Shown: positions 11,754-25,741, counted from the first letter of the whole stretch. The stretch: 63,038 nucleotides of DNA, filler included, from Choristocarpus tenellus KU-1152 (GCA_964200185.2; 14 parts of 14 records of this genome joined end to end with filler, not necessarily neighbours in it), one strand, 5' to 3'. Translations and numbers: made by a program. The notes: a model not told the origin generated them from the sequence alone.

Positions 11754-13362
11754 CCAGTCAAATGTAACTCTTGGGGATCAATACTAAACCAAACATTTGG
11801 TTGTCTAATTTGGGGTCAAAGGGGTTGGACAGGATAAAGGATTTGTTCCCTGTTGTCATGTATTTATTGTCTTCCCCCAGTTTACCATTTGTTTTGTTTG
11901 TTAAATGTGTTGTGTTTGGTTTTGTTCTTGTCATAGCAGCAGATTTGCTGAAGTATCATGAGGGCGTGAATGAGTTCACTATTGTTGTATACAGGTCACA
12001 GTTATACATTCATTGTAATATAGTTTTTCTTTTCTGTTCTGAGAAGCCTGTCAAGTTGTTGGGTATGCATGAGGTGGTTCGTGTTGGTTGGTTTAGTAGG
12101 GACATTCACTGTTGTTGTAGGAGGAATCTCTTTTGGCGGTTGCTATTCCTCCCACCTGACAGTACTGCAGGCAACCCTTGAGCACATCTGCACCAGTATA
12201 ATGATTTTATTGCTTTAAGAAGCCTTTCTTGTTTGTTAAGTTTGTTAGCTTCATTTTGTGAAATTTGGTTTGTAGAGACAAGACAGTGTTGCCCTCATTT
12301 CTGTTCTAGATTGATGAAACCATTTCTGTTCCATACTGGTGAAGGACTGGTTAATCTGGTTATGATGGGGGTGTTGGCATGGGACCACCTCTAGCCCTAT
12401 TTTATTTGCTCTACATCATCGCCAAGTAACATTAAATAGTCGTTTGTCTCTTCTGTTCCTCCTGAGATCGGCGATACTTCAGTTCATATCTTGAGTGGTG
12501 TATATGATGACAATTTACATTGTGTCTGCAACCCATGCAGGGTCATCATGATCGTCATATAATGGGGATAAAAGGGTATTATCCTTTCTGTACATTAGTT
12601 TTCTATCACTCCTTCTAGAGGAGATCCAAATAGATGGTTGACCAAATTATGTAGACAGACCTGTCTGTCTACTTCATTGCACTCCTCATGATGTCTGACA
12701 GGCAGAGCCCGGGGGCTTCAGGAAAGACCTTACTACGACACTCTCACCCCTTTCAACCTATATCCACAGACTTTGCCATACCTTCAGCAGCAAATACCCT
12801 CTTCTACACTCCCTACCTTGAATTGGGACCACCAGTCTTCACTGAGTTCTCCTTACCTTTCATCCTACTTGTAATTTCGCTCCTGTATTCCTTGTATCTA
12901 TTTCTTACAAGGAGTATTACTTTCGATCTCTAGAGCATTCTATATTGCTTCCCTCTCACTACCTTTCAACCATGTGTTGTCTGGGACCCCTCGAACCCAT
13001 GTGATTGATAAGTACTCATTAGTATAATATTATACTCAGTATATACATATTCGATACATATGTGTGGCGATTAATCCTCCTGGAATGTGTGGCACAATGA
13101 AACGATCGAGAGGCTGTCGTTTATCGGTATTATAGTGGCATCGACACACAACATGGCTGCAAGATGGGTTAGGACAACTACGTGTTGTTTGTGTAGGGTA
13201 AGAGTCCAATTACGTTACTACTATTGATACTTCTACAACTTTATATACATTTGTGTATCGTGTCACACAAAAGTACCAAGAGGGTGCCAATCAATAACAT
13301 GTTATCTCTGAAGTACAACATACGACACTACGATGAAATACCTATTATCAGGGGGTATACAT

Positions 13363-13414
13363 TGTGGAAAGCATGTTTGTTATTATACCGTTATTGCTGT
13401 ATGCTATATACCGT
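13363..13414 (+). repeat. dispersed repeat R4 (second copy 48400-48455)
   Basis: tgtggaaagcatgttt...gttattataccgttattgcYgtatgcYatataccgt on two contigs. Confidence 0.75.
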
Positions 13415-13832
13415 GGTACTGCTTGAGGTTCCCAGTCAAGAGTCCATGATTTGACTGACGGACTTTTCCGTTAGAATGAAACCATGAAACTCTCTTCATG
13501 TGACCAATCCCATAGACTTGGGACAGCTCGTCATTCTCAGTTGTCACACATGGAAGATCCACTTTGTTCTCATGTCATGACTGATGATGAAGCTCCACCT
13601 TTGATGGTGCTCATCGCTCCTAAGTTTACACTTGTCCAACCTTAACCTCGTATCATCGGTCACGGTTCGTCCTTGTTCGTGTGGTCCGTCTTGCCNNNNN
13701 NNNNNNNNNNNNNNNNNNNNNNNNNNNNNNNNNNNNNNNTTAATTAATTAANNNNNNNNNNNNNNNNNNNNNNNNNNNNNNNNNNNNNNNNNNNNAGTCC
13801 CGCGCCATCCTCAATTTTGAGGATCCCCTGTT

Positions 13833-13946
13833 ATTTCACCTACTCCGAAACATTCTGGAGTAGGTAAATGTCATTTTAAAAAAATGGGAACCCAAGCCCC
13901 AAATGGACACAGGGCAAAATCCGTACCCTCTAAGATACTCTTACTC
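13833..13946 (+). mobile_element. MITE family R1, 3' half
   Basis: internal hairpin acctactcc...ggagtaggt plus right TIR taccctctaagatactcttactc. Confidence 0.85.
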
Positions 13947-14890
13947 GTCTCCTCTTCTATAGCAACAGCTTCCTGATGATGGGGGGTAGCTGCTTTCCGC
14001 CCAGGGGAATGGGGGTGTCAGACAGAAGATTCTTAAGCCCCTGATACGCAAGAGTCTAAATGAACCCTCCTCAAGAATACCGTGGCTCAGGGGTGTTATC
14101 AACTAGAGGACATGCATACATACACACCCCAAAAAAGTAACATCCTCTTGAAAAGGTGTCGTGTTGAGCAGAGATACAGGATTCAAGGTTGCTAGTTCCA
14201 GGACAAATATTGAACAACAAAATAACAAGATCGAACAACTGGAGATTCATGGCCATTGTCTCGATGGAATGCTTGTTTCGTTACATACAAATGTAGAAAG
14301 ACACAATTCATGTTGTTGGTAGTCGAGATATCTACCCGCCAATACTACCCTTTGAAGCAGCAAGTTGTCTTACATATTTGGACTATTATGCACTTCACCC
14401 TGCCTGTTTATTGCTCCTTCCTGACCAACCTCAATCAAGAGAAGAGGGTTCTCTTCCAAAGTATGGGGTATATGCAACGGATTTTGTTCAGGGTGCCATT
14501 CAGCTCTAAAGCATCACACTTTTTGGAAGAAAATTTGTGGAAGTATCAAAGATGAGGGTTAAGGTTCATGATATAGGTAGGTTGTCTGTTGAAGAAGGGG
14601 TGGTTGCAGATGGGAATAGTTCTTGTTACAGTATCTATCTCTGGGTTTCCACCATTAATGCCACCTAAAGCATGGACAAAAATCGAACATACCACCAGCT
14701 TTGCCTGTACCACAGTATGTAACACACACCAGAACAACCACCAGCCTGCCAACTTCAATCTCGATATTTACAAGAAAATGATACAATGAGCGTATGCCAT
14801 CCCTTTATTACTGCAAGTTTGAACTTGATGGGAGATCTCTCCAAACAAGGAGATCTGTATCACATCCCAGAAAACAATATTGTGTCAATA

Positions 14891-16939
14891 TTAGGTATCA
14901 AAAAGCTTATCCCCATCTCGTTTTTCTCCATCCTTACCGTTCCCAACTGGCCCTGACACAAGCACCGAATAATCCGAATCTTCCACGCTAGCCATCCCAC
15001 GACTTGTCATTGAAGTACCTTCAATTCCCACGTCACCACTCCTGCCGATCGAGTCATTCCCATCTACCCCCCCGTAGTAAGCATTGAGTTTTTTCCGGGC
15101 TGATAACCAGCTTTCCCTTTGCCTATCAGCTGTACTTATCTCTACCCTTCTAGCGCTGGATATCGCACTCCTCATCCCCCCATTCCCCCCACCCTGCCCT
15201 TGCGGAAGCGGCAAAGGCTCGCTGTTGTCTACCTCATCCCCAAACGGATTCCAAAATTCGTCATCACTCACTCTTACCTCGCTCCTTCCCTTCACACTTG
15301 CCCCCCCCATTCCCCCACTGATGCCCCTAGCCTCAATACCAGCACCATGCCCTCCCCCACCAACATATTTGCCCTTCCCTTTGCCGCAATCCTTCCCAAA
15401 ATTATCATCGCTATCATCGCTGTCATCAAGGGCGCTCTTGATTTTACTCACTACATCATTTACAGCCTCCTCACTACGGCGGCGGAAGTCACGAAGGAAT
15501 GAGTCACCAAAGAGTGGCCCTGTTCTTGGTGGTGTCAGAGGTTTCCTACCATTGCTACTTTTCTCACTGCCCCTTCCCTTCCCAGGAGTCCCAGTGGTGG
15601 CCTTCCTCTCATTGTTAGCTCCTACCCGTGGGATGGGGGGGTACTCCTCCTTTGCAGGGGATTTTGCATTTCTGTCAAATAATGTGTTCCCATCAGCAGG
15701 TCCAACTTCATCACTACCTGCTGCTGCTCTCTCTAGGCGCTTTTTCAAATCATCTATTGGTGACCCTTTGAAGAGATCCCAGCCTTTTCCTCCGCCAGCC
15801 CCCGCACTTCCATTACCACTCCCAGGCATTCCCTCCCCCACTGCATCTCCTCCAAACAAGTCCGTCACAACTGAAAGGGAACTCTCTGCCTTTTGGCCCA
15901 GCTCATTGAACGCCCGCCTCACCTCATCAGTCTTTTCCTGTATAAAGGGATGGAGAGCCTGGTCTTTCCTCCCACTTTCGTCTTGCCCCTTTCCACCCTC
16001 TCCCTTCACCCCTATCCCCTGATCGCCCCCTCTAGTCTTACATCCGTTCTCTTTGGGTCGAACAGATAGACTTCTCCCTGTGTCGGTGGCGCCCCCCTCT
16101 GTTTCCTGCTCAGTGTTGCCATCTATGGCCGGGCACACAGTGAGTAGGGACAGCTGCTCTTCCACTTCACCTGATGGGTATAAAATATCCTGCAAACAGT
16201 AACGCAGCCAATGTCAATTGTGTGTGACCCACTCACATGCATGCAAAAAACACAAAGACAACACACAAAGACGAGACCAACAAGAATTCAGCCCTCACAC
16301 ATTTGTGCAGCACATCTCTCTTTCACCCTTCAAAAACACACAAGTTCTAAGTGCAAAGGACTACATAGTACTCCAAGCTCTAATTCTTACACAATCCATC
16401 ATCATCAGTAGCATTACGAAACAAGTACCTCACTCTTGGGTCTGCCATGAGATATACAGGCCTTCATTGATTTGCCACCCTCACCCACACAAATCTCAGG
16501 AACATCAACACTCATTCTTTCAACCTCTTGTCACAAAACAGTTTTCCTTTCCTTCCACTGCCCTCACAGGACAATCAAAATAATATCAGAAATAATAATA
16601 ATAATAATACATTACAAATTCACTGATACTATGAAAGAATAAATCCTGCCTACCAAAATCAACACAAGGGACAATAACACGTCCCCTTGCCTGGCAGCTT
16701 TGTGAGGAAACCTCCGAACTGTCTGAACGACCACCACCAGCGCCAGCCCCCGCCTCAGCCCTTGCCCAAAGCCCTAACTTGACCCTTGTTCCTGCTTCAG
16801 GCCCAGCCACAGAACGAGAGGATCGAGTCCACTCCACACACTCGCAAAAGAGTTGAGCTCGGCCTTCCCGCCTGCTATCCTGGTTGCCCAGTCCATCACG
16901 CTCCTCGGCAAGAACGTCACTTCGAAACAGATGCCACAA
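14891..16939 (-). CDS. hypothetical Gly/Asp/Lys-rich protein, last two exons
   Basis: terminal exon 16189-14891 (acceptor tttgcag, ~430 open codons, TAA); probable upstream exon 16939-16691 (acceptor catcccag, GC-type donor CAG|gcaagg, phase 0). Confidence 0.65.
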
Positions 16940-17370
16940 CTGGGATGAGAGAGTGGCCTGTCAAAACCAGTGTTGGGGGATGGTGGGTAGGAGGTAGGAC
17001 ACATGGAGGTGGGGAACTAGTGGAATGAGGTTGGACAAAACAAGCCCCTTCCTTTTCCATTCAAGGTCATATGCAGAAGACAAATGTACTCTGAGAGATG
17101 TGGACAAGGGGCAGAGCAGGGTGTGTGGAATTGTAGTTGAGAGAAGGGGAAGGCAGAGGGTTAGAAGGAGGGGAGGGGAGAAATGCAAAAAAATCTTGGG
17201 GGGGGGGGGGGGGGGGGGGGGGGAAAAAACTCAAAGAAGGGTTGAAACGAAAAATAGAAAAAGGGGGGGGNNNNNNNNNNNNNNNNNNNNNNNNNNNNNN
17301 NNNNNNNNNNNNNNTTAATTAATTAANNNNNNNNNNNNNNNNNNNNNNNNNNNNNNNNNNNNNNNNNNNN

Positions 17371-17433
17371 GGGAAGCCAAGCCCCAAATGGACAAACAGG
17401 GCAAAACTCGTACCCTCTAAGATACTTTCGCTC
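17371..17433 (+). mobile_element. MITE family R1, right end (contig start)
   Basis: gggaagccaagccccaaatggac...taccctctaagatactttcgctc. Confidence 0.85.
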
Positions 17434-18688
17434 TGGTCAAACGACAAAAGATCGAAAAACGAACTCAAAATGCACAACCTCCAAAACCTGGGTACCTCGC
17501 ATTATACTTTGGCTCAAACAGAACCAAGGAAAAAACAGTTACACCTTTAACATAGCCTAGATGTAGTGCTGAGCCCATTGGATACTCTGGAGTTCATTCT
17601 CCATACAACCTACCCTTTGCAGTCAATCTTAGTGTCCATCTGAAGTAATCCGGAGTACTCTCAATCCCTTCGGAAGTGTCTGAGCGATGCAGACACTTCT
17701 ACCCTCTCTTGCTACACTTACCCAACCCCCCCCCTCCCTACACCTACCTAGTCAAAATACCCAGAGTTGCATTTTAAGGATGATGAAAATATGTACAAAG
17801 TTCAGTTTTTTAAGATACTTGTGTGTAGGATATTTTCATCATCCTGTCAATAATTCTGAAACAATAGAGAAATCAACGCTCTCAAGTCAAACTTAGTGCT
17901 TCATCCATAGAAATATGGTTGAACTGCAAAAGGTTGGAAAGCTGGCTTAAAGTGCAAAGCGACCAAAGCCTGGGTACCTATCGCTTACTTTGGCTCACTT
18001 TCAGAATATTTGTTCTTCAAGATTATTTCTTCAGGAATAGAACACACACCTATATACAGAGAGTATATGCTGAGGTATTGAACAAATCATTTACCTGCTG
18101 GTAATTTGTGGGTGTTGTCAGGGGGGGGGGGAAAGACACTTGGTTCAGCGGAGTCTGGGTTGCTTACAACAAAGACCCCTATATATATATGTATATAATA
18201 TATGTATGTATCACCTTTTTCGAGGATATGCTATCTAGGAGAGTGGCTAAGGTGGAACAAATGTTAAATTACTATTATTTGGTTGCAGTTCCTACCACTG
18301 TACGTTTTTCCCCCTCACCTTGTGGCTTGAGCGCACACAAGAGCTCTGACTTGCTCCTTCCTGTGGGGTGATCGACAATGAGACTGCAAAAGGTTGCTAT
18401 GTGAGACTTGCCTTCCACAGTCAGTGCTCACTAAAAATGAGGTGATAAGGCTGGTGCCTATTGCAAATGCTTTGTGTACATCCTCTCCCCCAATCTCGTT
18501 GCAAATATTTTCATGTCGCAATGGAAAGCAATGGAAAACTTCAAAGTCTATATCAGTACTTACTTGTCCCCTACATACTATAATATAGCCCTGTTCACAG
18601 AGACTGTTTGCAGTGGAAATGTCTTAGCCAACCATAGACCTCAACTATAGATTTCCATCCCTGACCTTCTCATATACTTCCTGCGAAG

Positions 18689-20736
18689 GGAAATTTTATC
18701 TGTGGGCACTGTGGCCGGGGACTTTCTTTTAATGAGCCTTAAGATATCTGAGGGAAAATGCGAGGGCAACGGTGTGACCAAGGGCAGCAGTGGGAAGGGA
18801 GGAGACAGGGAAAAGGGGAAGGGTGGAGGTTTTTCTTGGGAGGTTCTCGCTCGAAAACGCGTCATTCATGTCTCTGTCAGCAGCAGCCCAGCTGTCATCG
18901 GCCCCAACATCGCATTTGGAGTCAAAGAGACACCTGTTTCAATTGATCGCCGAAGGAGCAATCGGCGATGGGGTAGGGGAAGATTAGGGCTGGGTCAGGG
19001 CGACAGTGGTTTCATGGGCGGTGATGAATCTGCTCGGGGAAAGGGAGACAGAGGGGACAGTGGAAACAGGAGTGGTAGCAGCAGCAGATCTCCAGTCCCA
19101 AGTAGGGGGAGGCGACCAGGAGATAAGTCGCGGTCACCCATTAGAGACATGCCATATCGCAACGTAGAGGTTTCAGTCATGAACTTTTCCCCAGGTGGGA
19201 CTGCCCTCGCTGTGGTGTGTGGCAGCGTGATCCATCTGTACTGTGTATGGGCACATGGGGCTAGGCAGCAAATTGAGGAAGGGCAAATAAGCAGTGAGGA
19301 CCGGGTTGGACGTGGCGGTAAGGAAGAAAGGAGTTATAGGCGATACGCTTCTTGTCAAGGACACAGTCCCATGGTCAAGGCTGTCGACTTTAGCAGGGAT
19401 GGAACTGTCTTGCAGAGCAGTGACTCTTCAGGAGAGATACTGTTCTGGGACGTCAAGTCTGGAAAGCAGGTGTTTGAATGAGAAGGATCTGTTGTGTATA
19501 CTAATTTTTTGGGGGTGACAGAGGTCCTCCTGAAATTCGTTATTACCTCAAAACATTTAAACAATATGATCAAATAAAATCATTACCATAGAGAATGAGA
19601 AAAGCTTGCGGCATTATGTACATCTTGGATATCTGTGTTTCTGCCTATGGTTGCACGTTTTCCTATCTCAATGATCAGTCCAGTAGTACCTATGTGAGCA
19701 GGCATGGAGGAATGGATAACTCTACCAAATGAATGCTGTCGGGGTAATGTTGATGCAAAGGGGCTGAACTGCATCTTCTAATGTAAAATCAAACTTCATG
19801 TAGCATATTCTTTAAGAAAAGGGATGATGTTGTTCATGACAGACCTGACATAAGCTTGAAAAATTCAGTCCCCCTGACAGTTGTTTTAAGGCTTATGTTG
19901 ACCCTTTTTGGTCCAGTTCCATCTATGGACGTTGCAAAGGTTCAAAGCGGTTGTAATATCACTGTTCACCTCCTTCCACTTTGTTGTGTTGGATAGAGGC
20001 CTGGGATTGATGTCAGCTTTCACAAATTCGAAATATCCCTAACTCTTTACACTTTGCCAAAAACCTACAACAATTTCCAATCAATTTATGTTTGACTGAC
20101 AAGTTGAGCAAGAGGATCAAGAGAGGTTAATTACACAGGGTACAAAACTGTCTTTAATATACCCTAGAGCAGAGGGACTGTTTCAGCTCATCCTCTTCCT
20201 TCCATAACCCATTATCATTTCATTTGCCACAGCAAACACCTCTTGTATAACAGTTATCACGCCATTGATGGCACCCTCAAAATGATCTTTGATGCCCTGT
20301 TACTATAGTCCATTTTCATCCCCAAAGTAAAGTTTGATATACCTGTGTACACTGACTCTAGCTTACTTCACATAGCATACAGATATAACAGATATATATC
20401 AATACTACCGCTTTGAAGGGCTAGAAGGGGCATTGCCAAAACAGTGCGTCTTGTCCGTGATATGTGAGCCCTCCTCTCCCAATTCAGCTTGTTTTCAGTC
20501 CACTCCACTCATCACTTATCCCTGTACCGTCTGTGCAAACGCTACAACAATGTTCAACATCCTCAGATTACCAATGCATTTGCCCTACGGAACATGGAAA
20601 CTTCAACTTGGACCTGCCCAGTTGGGTGGCCAGTCCAGGGTATACATTCTGTGGTCGATCCACAGCCTGCTCCTACCCAATCAAAACCTCAGGGGTGGGC
20701 AGGGGGTGGAGGTTGTGTTGGTGGGGCGGGGATTGG
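18689..20736 (+). CDS. echinoderm microtubule-associated protein-like (EML5/6-type) WD40 protein, internal exons
   Basis: exons 18689-19469 and 20567 to contig end join in phase 0: YRRYASCQGHSPMVKAVDFSRDGTVLQSSDSSGEILFWDVKSGKQ|ITNAFALRNMETSTWTCPVGWPVQGI, matching the EML GHS...D(W/F)S...EIL(Y/F)W and WTC.LGWPVQGI motifs. Confidence 0.85.
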
Positions 20737-21456
20737 NNNNNNNNNNNNNNNNNNNNNNNNNNNNNNNNNNNNNNNNNNNNTTAATTAATTAANNNNNNNN
20801 NNNNNNNNNNNNNNNNNNNNNNNNNNNNNNNNNNNNTATTTTTGTTTGTGTGTGTTTGTATGTGGGGGTGTGTGTCCTCTTTAGTAGTGGTTCTTTTGTT
20901 TCTAGGGAGGTTGGGGGGAGGGGGGGTATGAAAAGGTGGTGCATTATTTTGAAAATTTAATATATTCATGTGTAATACATACTTCCTACTACATATTTTT
21001 TTCACATATATATATATATGTTTTGCGTGGTATGAGTAGGTGCTTTTTCTGTTTTATTTATTGATAGGGTTAGGGTGAGAACATCACCTTGTGAAGAAGA
21101 TACGGCATGACATTTTGAGATATGGCATGACATTTTAAAGTACTCCGCTTGATAGTCATTTTCACCTCATCGCATGTTACTCTTATGAATATAAGTAATT
21201 GCTATATTACAATACATTGTGCATATTCATGATGAGCCTATACATGTGTGTATGTTACATGAATGCATGTGTGTTTTGCCAGAGATACCCAAAATACATT
21301 ACTATGTGTATCTACTACATGAGTGTCGATGTCCTTGATTAGCCAACCAGATTGCCAATCTGCTGTTCTTTCATTCACTCTTGATACCTCTCCCCCTACT
21401 ACTACAATAATAATAATATTGATGATGATAACAATGATGATGACAATTATCTACAG

Positions 21457-23399
21457 GAATTATCCATGTCCAGTGTCAGTGACTCCAGATGAACAACCAT
21501 GTGGATCAGGGTGGGGTATATGGTGGCTATCCCTGTACAATGCTGGGACAAGACCGGCGTGGACATTGGCCCTATGCTTGCTTTGCTTCGTGTGTTTCAA
21601 TGGCCAGGTGTGTTAATGTGTGGGGGGGTGGACTATTCTACTACATCATGAGGATGTTTTAGTAGTTTTATCAACGATTTAAGGCATTTAGAAATGAAGG
21701 ATGTGTTCAGATGTCTTAACAAGGGGAAAATCCATGTGTTTGTGGTAGATCGTATTAGATTGGTATTGTCAGATAGTTGGTTGTAATTGTACTGCCTCAT
21801 TTTATAAATTTTAGTAAGATTTTGGATTTAAATATAGAATCGCATACTTCGTTATCGCGTTGTGTTTTTTTTTGTGAATAGTGTATGATTTTGAAAGGTT
21901 AGGGTTAGGGTTAGGGTTAGGGTTGGGTGGGTTTTGAATTTGTGAGGTGGGTCAGTTTTGTTGTGAGTTGAAAGGTGTTACACTATTGTGTTAAGTAGTA
22001 GTACCTGTGAATAACTGTTGTAACGTGTGACTTGCTCGCTTCCAACTCTCTTCATTAGAGTCAAAACATAAAGCGGTGCTTGGAAATGCTCACGAGAGCT
22101 GACCTATCAAATCGGACTGTCCCCTCTGTTTTCCCATGAACCCCCATCAGAAGTCTGTGCTATGTAGATGAAATGACTGTTGCCTGTGGATTGATGTATG
22201 TGTTGGCTTTGGGTTGGAGTGTGGAGGGATGCGATGGTTGAAGTCAGAAAACAGTAGCGGAGACGGACCACTCTTGATATCAACGGCATCCATCTCTTAT
22301 GATACTTTGACTCTGGGATTTGTACATGAATGTTCTGGCGTGTTTGGTATTGATTTTGTTTGGAAGTCTGACTTTGTTTCTTGATGCATGTGCCGTTGTA
22401 AGCAATGATTAAAGGTTTGAATGACGGGGTCGGTGTTGGACTGGTGGGTTTTCCACTCCTGGAGGCGATGTCAAGAATGGTGTATCGTGGATGTTTTTTT
22501 CTTTTTTTTATCTCTGTGTGTTTTTGGAAGGGTGTAGTGATCCTTCCTTGTTCAAGGTTCAAAGGCTCAATAGAACCAACCTTTAACAACTGTGTGGCAT
22601 CATGTTGTTGGTGTTGTTGGTGTTGGCCATGCTCTTGTTTGTCGACTTTTATTATTGTGGGGGGTAGACTGTCAAGAGATGTGAATGTTCATCAAGTTAC
22701 TTCTGGAGTATGTTGCATGACAATACTGGCTCTTGTCAGGCCCCGCACAAGCGCCTTTGATGTAGAAGATGGTTCTTGATGGTCTGGAGTAGGTAGTGCT
22801 CATTCACCAGACTCGCCAGTCTTGTGAATGTAGGCAGCCCTTTACCGACCACCTGCTTCACTAGGGTGCCTTCCCTGAGAGAGCCATCAAGGCCTACCAT
22901 TGTGGCAACCACCTTTGGAAGAACAATGTCTCACCCTACCGGGGTTGTTTGGTTGGCTCTGACTCCTGATGACTCCTTGTATCTATTACTTTTGTAAATA
23001 TTAGTGTTAATGTTTATGGTGTGGTCTGTACTCTAGACTAGAATAACAAAGTGGGAAGGCGTGCTCTTCCCCAAGTCTAGATACTCTTAGGAAGCTGGTC
23101 AATCAATAATCCAACATATTTATTTATTTTATATACATATAATCACCTCATTATTGGAACCCAGTGGCCTCATTGGCTGTCCCAGTAACAATCAGTGGTG
23201 CCTATGGTGAATGAGCTTCACTGACTCACTATGGGTATTTCTGTTTTACCCCCCCACCTCTCACCCATTGCTTGTTCCTGACCCTTTGTACTACTGCTGA
23301 ATACAAACACATGCTTTGCGTTGTCGAAAATCAAGATTCTCAATCAAGATCCATTGAGTTGTTTTTTTTTCTTAGTAAACTAATCCTATCGCGTCTGTA

Positions 23400-23447
<48 letters not shown>

Positions 23448-24380
23448 GGAGGCCTGATTCAACAATTGCTTGCCCACAGGGGGTGGGTGCCAATGGCCCG
23501 TCTAAGCTTTGGAGCTTACCTGCTCCACCCACTGGTGATCAACTTGTGGTTCCTCAACACCACTACAAAGGTAAGAGTAGTTAGTTTTAGGATTGCTTCT
23601 CTCGTTAAAAGTATGTTGTATTGGAATCTGGGATGTATTGAGGGAGTAGGAGATGGGAATGGATTGTGTTGTTGAGGGAGCGTCTATTGTGTTTTGAGGG
23701 TTTTGTATCAGGGTTAGTAGGCAGGGTAGAGTTTTATGTATATTTGAGATGGATTGGAGTTCTTATTATTTCGGTTGGGATGCTTTTTATGGGGAAAAAT
23801 ACTTTTTGTGTGCCTTTCTCGGAACGTGTTGGTTGTTGGGTGCCGTTAGGATTGTTGCAATTGAGAGTGTGTGGTAAGCTGTTGTTACATAGGTAGAGGG
23901 ACAGAAATATTAGCCGAAGTAACTTAAGTAGCTGAGAGAGGAGTGCTGGTGATTTTTAAAGGACCCCTCTGACTTTTTGGTGGTAATACGTTTTTGGTAG
24001 CACACATGTTCCACAAGAGTGTAGTGTGTATTGCCTGCTTTGTGAGTATATTCAGTTTGCTGAAGCAGGTTGTCCTTGTGGATGCTATTTTTCAGATGTC
24101 ATCCTCTTGAAAACATAATTCCAAGAAATCCCTTGAAAACATCACTACGACCTAAGTGCACCCCCACTCTCAGTTGCTCTGACTTTACCTTGTACTATTT
24201 TGATCAAGGTGCTTTTTTTAAGTACGTGCATGTGTTTTTCTTTCTTTCTTTTTAAAGAGGACATTTGACTACTTGATGAAGGTTTGTCCTTTTGTGTAAC
24301 CTAGCTTCTGTTTTTTTTCTCCCTTCCCCCAAAACTGATCTGTTTTTTTTTTCTCTTTTGGGTGTACGGTGCGGTTCTGA

Positions 24381-24415
<35 letters not shown>

Positions 24416-24753
24416 TCTTGAGTTTTTTTTTCTTTAAAAATCTCTCCGCGATGATAAAAAATCTCGATTATTTCCATGTGTGTGACATCTCGGATGTGGC
24501 GGTTATATCTGGATTTGCATATATTTTCCAAGTTTCTGATTGTTGTTGACCAAAGAGCTTCAACCTCCATCTCCCGGTTTCTCCTTTTGTTACCCTACCG
24601 TCAGTTCCACTTCTCAAAGCTGGACTTCTGCATGACATACCTTTGTGTGTCAACTGTCACCTTCGGCAGCGCGTTGGTCATGTCTGTGATTATCGAGAGT
24701 CCCCTCACCAAGCTCGGAAAGTTCTTGGAATCTTCACTGAAGCCAAGAAAAAG
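21457..24753 (+). CDS. NRF-6-like / acyltransferase-3 membrane protein, 3' exons
   Basis: exons 21457-21607, 23448-23570, 24605-24753 in phase: LYNAGTRPAWTLALCLLCFVCFNGQ|GGLIQQLLAHRGWVPMARLSFGAYLLHP...SVIIESP. Confidence 0.85.
21899..21922 (+). repeat. interstitial telomere-like (TTAGGG)4 in an intron
   Basis: ttagggttagggttagggttaggg. Confidence 0.85.
23404..23445. repeat. (CT)n microsatellite acting as the polypyrimidine tract
   Basis: CT run directly before the acceptor AG at 23446-23447. Confidence 0.9.
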
Positions 24754-25569
24754 GTTTGTGTTAAGAGGTGTTTGTTTTGTGTGCATGGGGGAAGGGGGGG
24801 GGGGGGGGGGGGGGGGGGGGAAAAATTTGTATTGTTGTTGTGTGGGGGGTGTGTGGTGCTTGTTGTGTATTTTTTTTTNNNNNNNNNNGGCGTGGTCTGT
24901 GTGTTGTGGGGTGGGGGGGTGAGGGGGGGGGGGGGGGGGGGAGGTTGGGGGGGGGGGGGAGGAGCAAAGTAAAATTGGAGCTTAATCGTGTGGGAGCTCT
25001 GCCTGTTGCAGGACAAGTCATTTTGTTTTCAATGCTTGAGTCGGTTTGTATTGTGAGTAAGAAGTGTTTGTTATAGTTTGAAGGAAATGCCATTGGATTA
25101 GAGAAATGTATTTTTATTTTAATATTTGTCTGTGCTGAAGATGCTGTTGCAGTTTGTGGAGTACAGTGCTAGATAGTGACCCTTCAGGACAACGCGTGGT
25201 GATATGGCGTCCTAAAAACGTGGTTGGTGTTGCTTAAGCTATTCGGGTAAATATCTGGATATACACAGAAGTGTGATGTCTAGGAGCCCACATTTGTATT
25301 TGATTGTGTTTTTGGCTGATGCGCTTACAATTGTACCATTCCAAAGAATTACGAAGTCCATGTTGTATTGCTTACATTTTTTTAATTTAGATACCTACAG
25401 TTACTCGAAGTTTTTCAAGTCAACGGGGCCTAACCAAGGGTTGCTTGTATTTCATTTAGTCTTATCCACCTGGAGATGAATGCTTGTCTTTGACATGTAG
25501 TTGTCATTTTGTGAGTTGCCAGTGGGTTGCATTTTATGTTGTTTGTTTGCTTGTTTGAACAACATATGC

Positions 25570-25625
<56 letters not shown>

Positions 25626-25741
25626 TCCCCCCCCCCCCCCCNNNNNNNNNNNNNNNNNNNNNNNNNNNNNNNNNNNNNNNNNNNNTTAATTAATTAANNN
25701 NNNNNNNNNNNNNNNNNNNNNNNNNNNNNNNNNNNNNNNNN

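Noticed and set aside
15084-16022. 312-aa plus-strand ORF (also 54067-54744 and 46560-46808)
   Set aside because: Antisense shadows of G-rich coding exons on the minus strand.
22100-22980. 160-aa minus ORF in the acyltransferase intron, maybe a LINE relic
   Set aside because: No RT or endonuclease motif; not supportable.
24601-25093. Poly-Gly and poly-Pro ORFs (also 17025-17322 and 25501-25689)
   Set aside because: Translations of G/C homopolymer runs at low-quality contig ends or gaps.
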